Assembly: GCA_016928995.1 (NCBI GenBank)
Contig: JAFGJS010000054.1
Location: 86,536-150,535 of the forward strand
Source: Candidatus Sumerlaeota bacterium
GTDB taxonomy: Bacteria; Sumerlaeota; Sumerlaeia; JAFGJS01
DNA: 64,000 nucleotides
Direction: 5' to 3'
Shown here: in pieces, positions 19,736 to 29,223 of the stretch
How positions within the stretch are numbered: position 1 is the first letter of the stretch
Layout: every line of letters starts with the position of its first letter
The notes under the pieces: model-generated
Database searches by the model: none
The model's input: only the letters and a program-made list of their open reading frames with translations
What the model was told of the DNA's origin: nothing
Position numbers and translations under genes: made by a program

Positions 19736-21166
19736 ATGCATCCGCCTGTTCGACATATGGCCAATGTGAAGGCCGTGCAGCACCGGCTGCTGCAGCGGCG
19801 CTTCATTCTGGATTGCGTCATGATTCTCGCCGGCATGCTGTTCGCTTACGCCTTGCGGTTTTATGTGTTGCATTGGCTTAACATCCTGCCCGTCGAAAAG
19901 GGCTACGATCCGCGCGATTACGCCTGGCTGCTGGCCTATGCGCTGCCGGTGATGGTGATGTCTTACAGCTGGACCGGCATGTACGGCTTGCGCGATCCGG
20001 TGTTCAACTACGACATCGGTAAGCGCGTGATTCGCGGAACGCTGCTTGGCGTCGCGCTGGTTCTGACGATCAACTTCTTCTTTCGCGAGGCGGAATACGC
20101 CCGTCCGGTGTTCATGACGGCTCCGTTCAGCGTGATCGGATTCGTCTTCGCCGGGCGGCTCTATTTGCGGCAGTATGTGGACCGCTTGCGCGCTGAACGC
20201 CGCATCGGCGACATCGGCACGCTGATCGTCGGCGCGGGCGACTCCGCACGGCTGCTGATCCGCAAGATCCACGAGCATCCCGAATGCGGCCTTGAGGTTG
20301 GCGGCGCCGTGGCCGCGCAAACCAGCGACGCTCCGGACGAAGTGGAAGGAGTCCCGGTGCTGGGGACGATCAGCGACATGATGCAGATCGTCCGGGAAAA
20401 GAAAATCCGGCGCGTGATTTTCGCCCAGCCGAATCTGACCAATAAGGAAATCTTCGACCTGATGGCGGAATTGGAAAAAGAACTGGTCGATGCGCGCTTC
20501 GTGCCGAATCTGCTGGAGAGCCACTTGACGGATTGTTCGTTCGAGAACCTGGACGGCCTGCCGCTTTTCGGCCTGAAGGATACTCCGTTGCAAGGAATGA
20601 ACCTGGTGGTGAAAAATCTCTTCGACAAAATCGTCAGTTCGATCATGCTGCTGCTGGGCGCGCCGTTCTACGCCTTGATCGCCCTGGCTGTCTGGCTCGA
20701 CTCGGGAAGGCCGCTGTTTTATAAACAGCGCCGCCTGGGCATGGACGGCCGGTCGTACAACATGTATAAATTTCGCTCCATGCGGCTCAACGCGGAGCAG
20801 AACGGACCGGGGTGGACGCGGCCGGACGACGACCGGGTGACGCGGATCGGGCGATTTCTGCGGCGATGGAATTTGGATGAGTGGCCGCAGCTGATCAACG
20901 TCTGGCGCGGCGATATGAGTCTGGTCGGGCCTCGTCCCGAGCGTCCGGAATGGGCGCAAAAATTCAAGGAGGAGTTTCCGCATTACATGATGCGCCACAC
21001 CGTGAAAAGCGGGATGACGGGCTGGGCGCAGGTGAACGGGCTGCGCGGCGACACAGATCTTCAAGCTCGACTTGACGCGGACCTCTATTATATAGAGAAT
21101 TGGACGCTATGGCTTGATATTAAGATTTTGCTGATGACCATGCGAGCGACGAAAAACGCGTATTGA
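19736..21166 (+). CDS. undecaprenyl-phosphate sugar phosphotransferase (WbaP/EpsL-type bacterial sugar transferase)
   Basis: 476 aa. N-terminal TM helices and a C-terminal bacterial sugar-transferase domain (...DEWPQLINVWRGDMSLVGPRPERP...KSGMTGWAQVNG). Confidence 0.85.
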   Translation: MHPPVRHMANVKAVQHRLLQRRFILDCVMILAGMLFAYALRFYVLHWLNILPVEKGYDPRDYAWLLAYALPVMVMSYSWTGMYGLRDPVFNYDIGKRVIRGTLLGVALVLTINFFFREAEYARPVFMTAPFSVIGFVFAGRLYLRQYVDRLRAERRIGDIGTLIVGAGDSARLLIRKIHEHPECGLEVGGAVAAQTSDAPDEVEGVPVLGTISDMMQIVREKKIRRVIFAQPNLTNKEIFDLMAELEKELVDARFVPNLLESHLTDCSFENLDGLPLFGLKDTPLQGMNLVVKNLFDKIVSSIMLLLGAPFYALIALAVWLDSGRPLFYKQRRLGMDGRSYNMYKFRSMRLNAEQNGPGWTRPDDDRVTRIGRFLRRWNLDEWPQLINVWRGDMSLVGPRPERPEWAQKFKEEFPHYMMRHTVKSGMTGWAQVNGLRGDTDLQARLDADLYYIENWTLWLDIKILLMTMRATKNAY

Positions 21167-21199
21167 CGCTAAACCGGCGATCACACGGAAGGAGACGCG

Positions 21200-21598
21200 A
21201 TGCAATTTCTTTCCTTTGAAACGGACCACTTCAACCGGACAGAAGTGCGTGATTACTTCATCAATCCCTGCTGCTTTGGCGACGACGTCGCCACGTGGCT
21301 GATGGCGCAACTGGAAAAGCGCCACGTCAACGTGGCGAAAATCTACCAGGAAGACTGGGGCTGGGAGCTCGATTGCGAGTTCGGCGGCTCCCGGTACTTT
21401 CTCAGCATTGTGCTCGTGGCTGGAGACCAGGATGGGGACTATGGCGAGTGGCGCATTTACGTGACCAAGCAGTGCTCCCTGATCGGGCGCATCTTCGGCA
21501 AGGACAAAATGGTTCGCGAAGAAGCCATCATCGCCGTCGCTCACACAATTTTAAGCGAGGCTCAATTCGGCAACATCCATTGCCTGGCGGAGGTGTAG
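21200..21598 (+). CDS. hypothetical protein (132 aa), convergent with DNA methyltransferase
   Basis: Intact ORF with host-like GC content. No recognisable motifs. Confidence 0.4.
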   Translation: MQFLSFETDHFNRTEVRDYFINPCCFGDDVATWLMAQLEKRHVNVAKIYQEDWGWELDCEFGGSRYFLSIVLVAGDQDGDYGEWRIYVTKQCSLIGRIFGKDKMVREEAIIAVAHTILSEAQFGNIHCLAEV

Positions 21599-21657
21599 CC
21601 TCGCGATAGACTTTGCCGCCGTCCGTGGAGGCATATTGATTCGAGGGCTTCTATTGA

Positions 21658-22629
21658 TTATTTTTTATCAATAACATTCAGGATGGAAAAATAGCCGCGT
21701 CCATATTCCTCGCAGAGCAAATCGATCGCCTGCCGCTTGGTTCCGCATTGTTTTTTATATTGGATGTATTTCTTTTTCACATCACGAAGGTCATGGGGCG
21801 ACCAAGCCTTGCCTTGATTCCTCGGCGTTGAATTTTGAGGAGCAATTAAGGATGATTCATCAAGCTCAACGGCATTCAGTTTGCGTTGCAATCCCTCGAA
21901 TGATTTTGAATTGATTTCAAAGCCGAGAACTCGCCGTTTGAGTCTGAGAGCGGCGAATGCGGTCGAGAAGCTCCCCATGAACAAATCCAAAACGCCGCTG
22001 CCCTCATTGCTGCTGTATAGCAGCATCTTCTTGAGCAATTCATACGGCAGTTCATTTTTGTTCTTCGCTTTGCCCGGTTTATATTCCCGGCGAATCTCCC
22101 AGACGTCTTCCCGGTCGGCATAGTTTTTTTTCTGTCCCGATCCGTTCTGTTCATTTGCGCCGAAGCGGCAGTAGGTGTTGAATGTATGCCTGGCGCCGGG
22201 CTTCACGTAGAACAGAATATGGTAATGCGAGGAGACGTACTTATAGCGCGTGTGCACGCCGAAGTTGTACTTCCAGATGATGTGGTTGACTTCTTCGAGC
22301 GGCGAGTCGGCCAGCGCGTTGAGGATGTGGCGCAGGTTGGTGTAGCCGGAGACGATGTAGATGCTGCCGCCGGGCTTGAGGATACGCGCGGCTTGCTCGA
22401 TCCAGCGGCGGCTGAACTCGGCATAGTCTTCCGCCGGAACTTCGACGTAACCGTCGAGCACGAAGGATTCATCGCGGTTGTAGTGCTTGTGAAGTTTGTC
22501 GCCGTTGATGCCGTAGGGCGGATCGGTGATGATCAGGTCCACGCTATCAGCATCGAGGTGCTTGCAGCCTTCGACACAGTCTTCATTGTAAAACCGATAC
22601 CATTCGGTTTCAATCGGCGGGTGGGGCAT
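21658..22629 (-). CDS. DNA methyltransferase, beta-class (DPPY motif; N6-adenine or N4-cytosine)
   Basis: Motif IV IITDPPYG precedes the AdoMet motif LDLFMGSFSTAFAA (beta permutation). The gene is clearly AT-richer than its flanks. The ATG at ~22629 has an AGGAAG RBS upstream; the ORF-track TTG start is at 22659. Confidence 0.8.
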   Translation of the reverse strand: MPHPPIETEWYRFYNEDCVEGCKHLDADSVDLIITDPPYGINGDKLHKHYNRDESFVLDGYVEVPAEDYAEFSRRWIEQAARILKPGGSIYIVSGYTNLRHILNALADSPLEEVNHIIWKYNFGVHTRYKYVSSHYHILFYVKPGARHTFNTYCRFGANEQNGSGQKKNYADREDVWEIRREYKPGKAKNKNELPYELLKKMLLYSSNEGSGVLDLFMGSFSTAFAALRLKRRVLGFEINSKSFEGLQRKLNAVELDESSLIAPQNSTPRNQGKAWSPHDLRDVKKKYIQYKKQCGTKRQAIDLLCEEYGRGYFSILNVIDKK

Positions 22630-22680
22630 ATACGGCTTCCTGCGTTTTAGCGGAATCAAAGCATCGCCGGACGCGGATTG

Positions 22681-23511
22681 TCAACCTGCGGTTTCTTCGT
22701 CCTGCTCGTCGCGGATCGCTTCGATGTCCAGTGATGCGGCGATCTGCTCGCGCAGGGGATCGAGCCATTCATACGCAGTCCATTCCACGCGCAGCGGCGT
22801 GATCGAGACGCAGCCGCGGCGAACCACGTTCGAATCGGAGTCCGGGATGCGATCCATGGTGATTTGCGTCCCGCTGTTGCAGTAAACCGGCAGGCCGTTG
22901 CGTTCGCCGCTTGGCGTGAAGATGTCCGAATACCAGGCATGGCCCTGGCGTGTCGCCTCGACGCCGCGAATCGTTTCGACGCTCCCGCTGGGCGCGTTGA
23001 CGTTGAGGATCGCGCGCTCCGGGATCCCGCGTTCCAGCGCCATGCGGATGATCTGCGGAAGCACGGCGCAAATGCCGCTGAAATCCGGACGCTCGCGGTT
23101 GAAATCGTAGCACAGCGAAACCGCGATGGCCGGAATGCCGAACATCGCAGCCTCCAGCGCCGCGGCCACGGTTCCCGAATATTGGATGTTGTTGCCCGTG
23201 TTCGAGCCGTTGTTGATGCCGGAGACCACCAGGTCCGGCCGCGGCAGATCAAGGGCAGTGAGGGCGAATTTCACGCAGTCGGCGGGCGTGCCGTCCACGG
23301 CATAGCCCCACACGCGGCCGGAGGAATCGCGGCGCTCCTGCATCGTAAAGTCGTTGAACACTGTCACGGCATGGCTGGCCGCGCTGCGTTCGCGGGAAGG
23401 CGCAACGACATACAGCTCGCCCATGCCGGCGACGGCCTCGCGCAACGCCGTCATCCCCGGCGCGTCGATGCCGTCGTCATTGCAGAGTAAAATGTTTGGA
23501 ATTGTTGACAT
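22681..23511 (-). CDS. surE: 5'/3'-nucleotidase SurE
   Basis: 276 aa. N-terminal ILLCNDDGIDAPG and GINNGSNTG motifs. Confidence 0.9.
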   Translation of the reverse strand: MSTIPNILLCNDDGIDAPGMTALREAVAGMGELYVVAPSRERSAASHAVTVFNDFTMQERRDSSGRVWGYAVDGTPADCVKFALTALDLPRPDLVVSGINNGSNTGNNIQYSGTVAAALEAAMFGIPAIAVSLCYDFNRERPDFSGICAVLPQIIRMALERGIPERAILNVNAPSGSVETIRGVEATRQGHAWYSDIFTPSGERNGLPVYCNSGTQITMDRIPDSDSNVVRRGCVSITPLRVEWTAYEWLDPLREQIAASLDIEAIRDEQDEETAG

Positions 23512-23640
23512 AAACCTTGCTCATTTTTGACTGGAAAAAAGGGAGTTTAATCGTTGGAACAAAGAAGATCAAGACCGGGTTGAAGCTTTTACGAACGGCC
23601 GACAATCCGGGAGACTGTGCGAGTTCCGTCGTGGCGCAAT

Positions 23641-24678
23641 CTATACGTTGGCGATCTCGAACGCTTCGGCTTTGTGCAGGAGTTGCTCTTCCTGTTTCAG
23701 CAGCTTGAGGATGGCGGCGTTGGGATTATGCTTGATGGTCTCTTCGGCGCGGATGATGGCATTGCTGATGGCCTTGGCGTCGCTGGAGCCGTGGCAGATG
23801 ACGCAGTTGCCGTTGACGCCGAGCAGCGGCGCGCCGCCCATTTCGGATTTATCCACGCGCTTCATCAGGTTTTTCAGCGATGGCTTGGCGATGAGTCCGC
23901 CGAGCATCGCGATGGGATTGCGCTTGAGCTCGCGTTTCATTTCGCTGAAGAGGAACTTGACCACGGAGGAGCCGAATTTCAGCACGATGTTGCCGACAAA
24001 GCCGTCGCACACGATGACGTCGAACTTGCCGGAGAGGACATCGTTGCCTTCGGCGTTGCCGCCGAAATTCAGCGTGGACTCCTTGAGCAGTTTATACGCC
24101 TGGAGCGTCGTTTCGTCGCCCTTGGTGTCTTCCTCGCCGATGTTGAGCAGCCCGACCAGCGGATTTTCCCGTCCCATCACTTCGTGGGCGTACATGGCGC
24201 CCATCAGCGCGAACTGCAGGAGATTTTCCGGCTTGCAGTCCACAGTCGCGCCGACATCGAGAATCAGAACGGGCCGTAGATGCGTGGGAAAAAGCGTGCT
24301 GATGGCCGGCTTTTTAATGCCTTCCAGCCGGCCGAGTCCGAACAGGGCGTGCGCGGCGGTGGCGCCGGTGGCGCCCGCGGAGATCATCGCGCCGGCCTGG
24401 CCCGCTTTCACCAGTCCCACGGCGACCGCCACGGAGGAGTCTTTCATTTTGAGGGCTTCGCGCGGCTTGATGTGCATGTCCACCACGACGGGCGCGTGAG
24501 CGTAATCGAACGCATCCTCGCTCACGCCGTTCTGGCGCACGATGTCGCGAAGGCGTTGTTCATCGCCAACGAGTGTGATGCGGCTCTCGACGCGATCCAT
24601 CGCCTTCACCGCGCCTGCAATCAACACGCCGGGGCCGTTGTCGCCGCCGAGAGCGTCGAGTGCGATGCGCGAAGTCAT
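23641..24678 (-). CDS. plsX: phosphate acyltransferase PlsX
   Basis: Full-length PlsX similarity (IALDALGGDNGP...). The ATG overlaps the rpmF stop (ATGA), which agrees with the conserved rpmF-plsX order. Confidence 0.9.
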   Translation of the reverse strand: MTSRIALDALGGDNGPGVLIAGAVKAMDRVESRITLVGDEQRLRDIVRQNGVSEDAFDYAHAPVVVDMHIKPREALKMKDSSVAVAVGLVKAGQAGAMISAGATGATAAHALFGLGRLEGIKKPAISTLFPTHLRPVLILDVGATVDCKPENLLQFALMGAMYAHEVMGRENPLVGLLNIGEEDTKGDETTLQAYKLLKESTLNFGGNAEGNDVLSGKFDVIVCDGFVGNIVLKFGSSVVKFLFSEMKRELKRNPIAMLGGLIAKPSLKNLMKRVDKSEMGGAPLLGVNGNCVICHGSSDAKAISNAIIRAEETIKHNPNAAILKLLKQEEQLLHKAEAFEIANV

Positions 24679-24860
24679 GAGTGCACGACGACCCGGTAGG
24701 ACTTGCCTTTGTATTGGCCGCAGGATTTGCAGGCGCGATGCGGCAGTTTCGGTTCGCCGCAGTTTTCGCATTTACTCACGTTCGTGATTTCCTTCATTTT
24801 CAGGTGCGAACGGCGTTTGTCGCTGCGAGCACGGCTGTGTCGTCTTCTTGGTGTGGGCAT
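24675..24860 (-). CDS. rpmF: 50S ribosomal protein L32
   Basis: 61 aa, MPTPRRRHSRARSDKRRSH... with the CxxC...CxxC zinc ribbon. Confidence 0.85.
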   Translation of the reverse strand: MPTPRRRHSRARSDKRRSHLKMKEITNVSKCENCGEPKLPHRACKSCGQYKGKSYRVVVHS

Positions 24861-24866
24861 CTTTCT

Positions 24867-25436
24867 TTACTCCTCATCATCTGGTAGATGAATTTGATTC
24901 AGTTGTTCCTGCCAGTCGGGATTTTTGTCCGATTCGGCTTCTTCATCGCCGCAGGCGGGAGGCAAGCTCTCCGTGAACGGCGATTCGTCGTATTTATGCG
25001 GAAACGCTGGAACTTCAAGCAATAACAATTCGCGCAATTCGTTGTCCAGCGTCAGCTCATCGTGAATGTAGTAAGCGAAGTCCTCGTCTTCCAGGGCGAC
25101 GGTGACGACGCGTTCGCCGGTTTCCTCGTCTTCCGTTCGAGGAGGAGCGGGAATGTACATCAGTTCGATGTTTTCCACGTTCAATTCCTGCTCGAACGGC
25201 TCCAGCGTCCGCACGCATTCCAGCCGCACTTTCGCGCTCATCCTGCCGGTCACGCGAATCCGCTGGCCGATCTTTTTGAGCCGCAGATCCACTTCGATCG
25301 GGGCGATGAATTCGACCGGCTGAGCCAGATGCGTGTCACCCGCAAGCGCTTCCTCCAAACCGAGCTCTTTTGGCGGCAGCGTTTGCTGGAGCTCCAGGGG
25401 CTGGAGGTCGCCGATTAAATGCACTTTAACTTTCAT
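24867..25436 (-). CDS. YceD/DUF177 family protein (large-subunit rRNA accumulation protein)
   Basis: Acidic ~190-aa protein immediately upstream of rpmF, as in the conserved yceD-rpmF-plsX cluster. The internal ATG (MKVKVHL) is preferred over the ORF-track start at 25514. Confidence 0.7.
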   Translation of the reverse strand: MKVKVHLIGDLQPLELQQTLPPKELGLEEALAGDTHLAQPVEFIAPIEVDLRLKKIGQRIRVTGRMSAKVRLECVRTLEPFEQELNVENIELMYIPAPPRTEDEETGERVVTVALEDEDFAYYIHDELTLDNELRELLLLEVPAFPHKYDESPFTESLPPACGDEEAESDKNPDWQEQLNQIHLPDDEE

Positions 25437-25633
25437 AAAACGGCCCTCCTCCAACCGCAAAAGGAGCGGTATTCCATTGAGAATGCGCCCGGAAGTCAAG
25501 TCCAAATTTAGCAAGTTCGCCGCGATTCGGTCAATTTTTCGTTTTTTTGGCTGAAAGATCCGCTGCGTTGTATTTTACTGATTGTAAGATCAGCAGATCT
25601 CGCGATCCATCCTTTTTTACCAGGAATCAAACG

Positions 25634-28600
25634 ATGCATCCGATATGGCGTTGTGGTTCTTTTATATTCATTTTATGGGCGTTAGGCTTCGATGCAGGTT
25701 CTTTTCGAATGCTTCATGCCGCCACGCCGCGGCTTGACAGCGACGTGCCGGTCCAGGAGACGATCCTCGATGACGATCAATATGGCCATCGCGCCGTAGC
25801 CGAAGTGAATGGCGACGGCTATAATGATATTGTAGGGCTCAATTACGGCAGCGGAAACGGCGATCTCGTCTGGTATCGCTATCCGGACTGGACCCGTTTC
25901 GTCATCGCGCAACCGAGTCTGTATGCGGATTACCAGTGGTATCGCTCGGACGATCTTGCGGTCGCGGACATCGACAACGATGGCGACGACGACATTGCCG
26001 GGCGGGTCGGTCCGAACAGCGACGCCGCGGGTCCGATCTGCTGGTGGGAGAATCCGCTGCCGTCGGGCGATCCTTCGCTGCCGGGCTGGACGCGGCATGA
26101 CATCGGCATCACGGATTACAACAAGGACCTGGGCCTGGCGGATTATAATATGGATGGCAAGATCGATGTGGCCGGACGGGAAAACGCGGAAACCCACGTC
26201 TTCATTCAGGGCGGCACGCCGCTGGAATGGACGCTGGTGATGCAAACCAGCCACTACCACCACGAAGGCATGGCCATCGGCGACTTGGACAATGACGGCG
26301 ACATCGACCTCGCGCTCAATGGCTTCTGGTTCGAGAATCCGCATCCGGATCCGATCACCAACACCTGGGTCTTTCACGATGTCGATGCTAAGTGGTATAC
26401 GCAAAGCGGCTATGGCTGGCAGGACAATAACAGCAACATCGAGGTGGCGGACGTCAACGGCGACGGCAAGGCGGAGTTCCTGATCTCGCAATCCGAGCTG
26501 CCGGGATTCCCACTTTCGATCTACTCGGCGGGCGATCCGATAAACGGCCCCTGGACGGAATTTCAACTGGAGCCGGTGGCGGATTATTATCAGACGCTGA
26601 AGGCCGCGGATTTCGACAACGACGGCGACACGGACATCTTCTCCGGCGAATTTCCGCGTTATCCCGATGCGGCGCCATGGAATGTGTATATCTACCTGAA
26701 TGAAGGCAACTCCGGGAGTTGGACCAGGCAGCTGCTGACGCAGGATGGCGTGTATCACGGCTCCATCGGCGACGTGGGCAGCGACGGCGACATCGACCTG
26801 ATCGGCACGCGCAGCTACGATACAGCGCCGCTGTTTCTCTGGGAAAACCTGACCGCCGACACGAGCGTGCATTCGCTGGATAAATGGACCTACATTGAAG
26901 TGGACAACTCGCGCCAGAGCTGGGGGGACTTCGACACGCCGAGTTGGGTGCGGTATTTCGGCCTGGCGTTCGGCGACGTGGACGGCGACGGGAATAAGGA
27001 CATCATCTCCGGCCGCTATTGGTATCGCAACCCCGGCGGCGGCATGACCGGCGTCTGGACGCGCACGGACCTGGGTTTGAACTGCGACGCCAGCTTGTTC
27101 GTCGATGTGGATGACGACGCGTTCGCCGATCTGATCGCTTCGGCCGGCACGACGATCTATTGGCTCGAAGCGCAGGACGCCAACGGGACGTTATGGACGC
27201 CCACGGCCATTGACACCGCTTTTCCCGGAACCGATCACGTCAACACGCAGGGCTATGAAATCGTGGAACTGATCGGCGGGGGCAAGCCGGAATTATTGCT
27301 TCACGCCGATGGTGTCTATATGTACCAGATCCCCGCGAATCCCTCGTCAACGGCTTGGACGCGCACGAAGATCGTCTCCAATTCGAATGGCGAGGCGATC
27401 GGCATCGGCGACATCGACGGCGACGGCTGGACGGACGTCGCCGTGGCTCATTCTCCCGCTGAATCCACAACCTGCCGCATCAAATGGTGCAAGCATCCCG
27501 GCGCAAGCGGCGGCGCATGGGCGGAGCATTTCATCGGCTACTTCGACGGATTGTATCCTGATCGAGTGGAAGTTGGAGACTTGAATGGCGACGGCCGCCC
27601 GGACATCGCGGTCAGCGAAGAGGGGCAAGTGGAGCAGCCGATTTATCAGACCGCCTGGTTTGAAGCTCCGGCCGATCCCACACAGGACAACTGGACGCGC
27701 CGCACGATCGTCACGCAGCACACGACCAACGCGATGGACGCGGCGGACATGGACAACGACGGAGATTTGGATTTAATCACCGGCGAGCATCGCGGCACGG
27801 AGAAGGTGGCCATCTGGGCCAGCGACAATGCGGGCAATTTCACCGAGTATGTGGTGCCGGAAGGCCGCGAAAGTCATCTTGGCGCGCGCGCCGTGGACCT
27901 GGACGGCGACGGCGATTATGAGATCGTCAGCATCGCCTGGGATGATTATCAATACCTGCATCTCTGGCGCAACGACAACGTCGGGATCATCGTCCCGCCG
28001 CCGGCTGAAAACCGCCCGCCTAGTGTCAGCGCGGGTTCGGACCGGTTGATCGTGGCGCCGGAGAATTCAACAACTTTAAACGGCTCGGTTTTCGATGACG
28101 GACTGCCCGCCACAGGGACGTTGACGGTTCAATGGAGCCAGGTCAGCGGGCCGGGAAATGTGACTTTCGGATCGCCCGATACCCCTGGCACCACCGCGGT
28201 TTTCAGCATTTCGGGCGCTTATGTCGTGCAATTGAGCGCGAGCGATGGAGCGTTAAGCGCATCCGCTCATGCGACGGTGTCGTTCCTGCCAGCCAGCGCC
28301 AATCAAGTTTTGCATTGGCGGTTTGATGACGTCAGCGGGGCCAGCGCGACCGATTCGAGTCCATTCGGCAATCATGGCACAGTGTCCGGCGCGACCTGGA
28401 CAGACGGTTATTACGGCGGCGCGTTGACTTTCAACGGCTCAAGCGATTACGTCGCCATCTCCGATATCGCCATCAACGGCGATTTCCCCGGCTGCACGGC
28501 GGGTCAGACCGGCGACTTCACCCTTTGCGCCTGGATCAAGCGCGGCAGCAGTGGTTCTCGTCATCCGGTTGTTTCCAAACAGGGCGATCTGGGCAGTGCG

Positions 28601-29113
28601 GCGCGCGGTTTCGTGTTTGAAATCACCGACGCCGATTATCTGAAGATTGAATTATTCAACGGCGACGACAGCGACCTTAATCGCACGGACGTGTTCAGCT
28701 CACAGCAGATTCCTACCGGCATCTGGACGCATGTCGCCGTGACTTATGAATATATCAGCGACGGCGCGTCAAAAGTCCGGTTGTACATCAACGGCGTGAA
28801 TGACGGCGCCAGCGACATGGCGCATGGTCCGTTGCAGCAGAATTCCAGAGCGTTTGAGGCAGGGCGCTACTATTGGTCAAACAGCTACAGCGCTTTCTGG
28901 CACGGCGAAATCGACGATGTGCGGGTGTATAACGTCGCGCTGACCGCGACCGAGATCGCCCGCATCCTCATCGGGCCGCTCGTTCGTCCGGATCTGCAGG
29001 ATCATCTGCTGGGAGTGGATACGATGACCAGCCAGCAGCAGACCGAGGCTGAAATAAACGGCGATTCGCAACTGGATATCGGCGACTTGCTGGAATGGTC
29101 GCGCTTCGATTAA
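25634..29113 (+). CDS. secreted multi-domain protein: FG-GAP/VCBS-type beta-propeller repeats + PKD/Ig-like domain + LamG/concanavalin-like lectin domain + C-terminal dockerin-like Ca-binding segment
   Basis: N-terminal signal peptide (MHPIWRCGSFIFILWALGF). More than 15 D-x-D/N-x-D-G-D repeats (DIDNDGDDDI, DLDNDGDIDL, DVNGDGKAEF, DFDNDGDTDI...). PKD-like segment TLTVQWSQVSGPGNVTF. LamG-like segment (FGNHGTVSGATWTDGYYGGALTFNGSSDYV...VRLYINGV...VRVYNVALTATEI). Tail EINGDSQLDIGDLLEW. Confidence 0.7.
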   Translation: MHPIWRCGSFIFILWALGFDAGSFRMLHAATPRLDSDVPVQETILDDDQYGHRAVAEVNGDGYNDIVGLNYGSGNGDLVWYRYPDWTRFVIAQPSLYADYQWYRSDDLAVADIDNDGDDDIAGRVGPNSDAAGPICWWENPLPSGDPSLPGWTRHDIGITDYNKDLGLADYNMDGKIDVAGRENAETHVFIQGGTPLEWTLVMQTSHYHHEGMAIGDLDNDGDIDLALNGFWFENPHPDPITNTWVFHDVDAKWYTQSGYGWQDNNSNIEVADVNGDGKAEFLISQSELPGFPLSIYSAGDPINGPWTEFQLEPVADYYQTLKAADFDNDGDTDIFSGEFPRYPDAAPWNVYIYLNEGNSGSWTRQLLTQDGVYHGSIGDVGSDGDIDLIGTRSYDTAPLFLWENLTADTSVHSLDKWTYIEVDNSRQSWGDFDTPSWVRYFGLAFGDVDGDGNKDIISGRYWYRNPGGGMTGVWTRTDLGLNCDASLFVDVDDDAFADLIASAGTTIYWLEAQDANGTLWTPTAIDTAFPGTDHVNTQGYEIVELIGGGKPELLLHADGVYMYQIPANPSSTAWTRTKIVSNSNGEAIGIGDIDGDGWTDVAVAHSPAESTTCRIKWCKHPGASGGAWAEHFIGYFDGLYPDRVEVGDLNGDGRPDIAVSEEGQVEQPIYQTAWFEAPADPTQDNWTRRTIVTQHTTNAMDAADMDNDGDLDLITGEHRGTEKVAIWASDNAGNFTEYVVPEGRESHLGARAVDLDGDGDYEIVSIAWDDYQYLHLWRNDNVGIIVPPPAENRPPSVSAGSDRLIVAPENSTTLNGSVFDDGLPATGTLTVQWSQVSGPGNVTFGSPDTPGTTAVFSISGAYVVQLSASDGALSASAHATVSFLPASANQVLHWRFDDVSGASATDSSPFGNHGTVSGATWTDGYYGGALTFNGSSDYVAISDIAINGDFPGCTAGQTGDFTLCAWIKRGSSGSRHPVVSKQGDLGSAARGFVFEITDADYLKIELFNGDDSDLNRTDVFSSQQIPTGIWTHVAVTYEYISDGASKVRLYINGVNDGASDMAHGPLQQNSRAFEAGRYYWSNSYSAFWHGEIDDVRVYNVALTATEIARILIGPLVRPDLQDHLLGVDTMTSQQQTEAEINGDSQLDIGDLLEWSRFD

Positions 29114-29223
29114 AGCGATGAAAGAGACGACAAAATTCGTAAAAACTCTTGCAGCTGCGTTGTGCAATCCGCTAGATTCACCCAGATGGCAGGCTATTTT
29201 TATTTCTTAAAAGGTTGCAGACG

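Noticed and set aside
21200-22629. Calling 21200-21598 plus the methyltransferase a complete Type II R-M system
   Set aside because: The convergent layout is suggestive. But the 132-aa ORF has host-like composition, unlike the AT-rich MTase, and shows no PD-(D/E)xK, HNH or GIY-YIG signature I can see. The R-M call is unsupported and is kept only as a hypothesis in findings.
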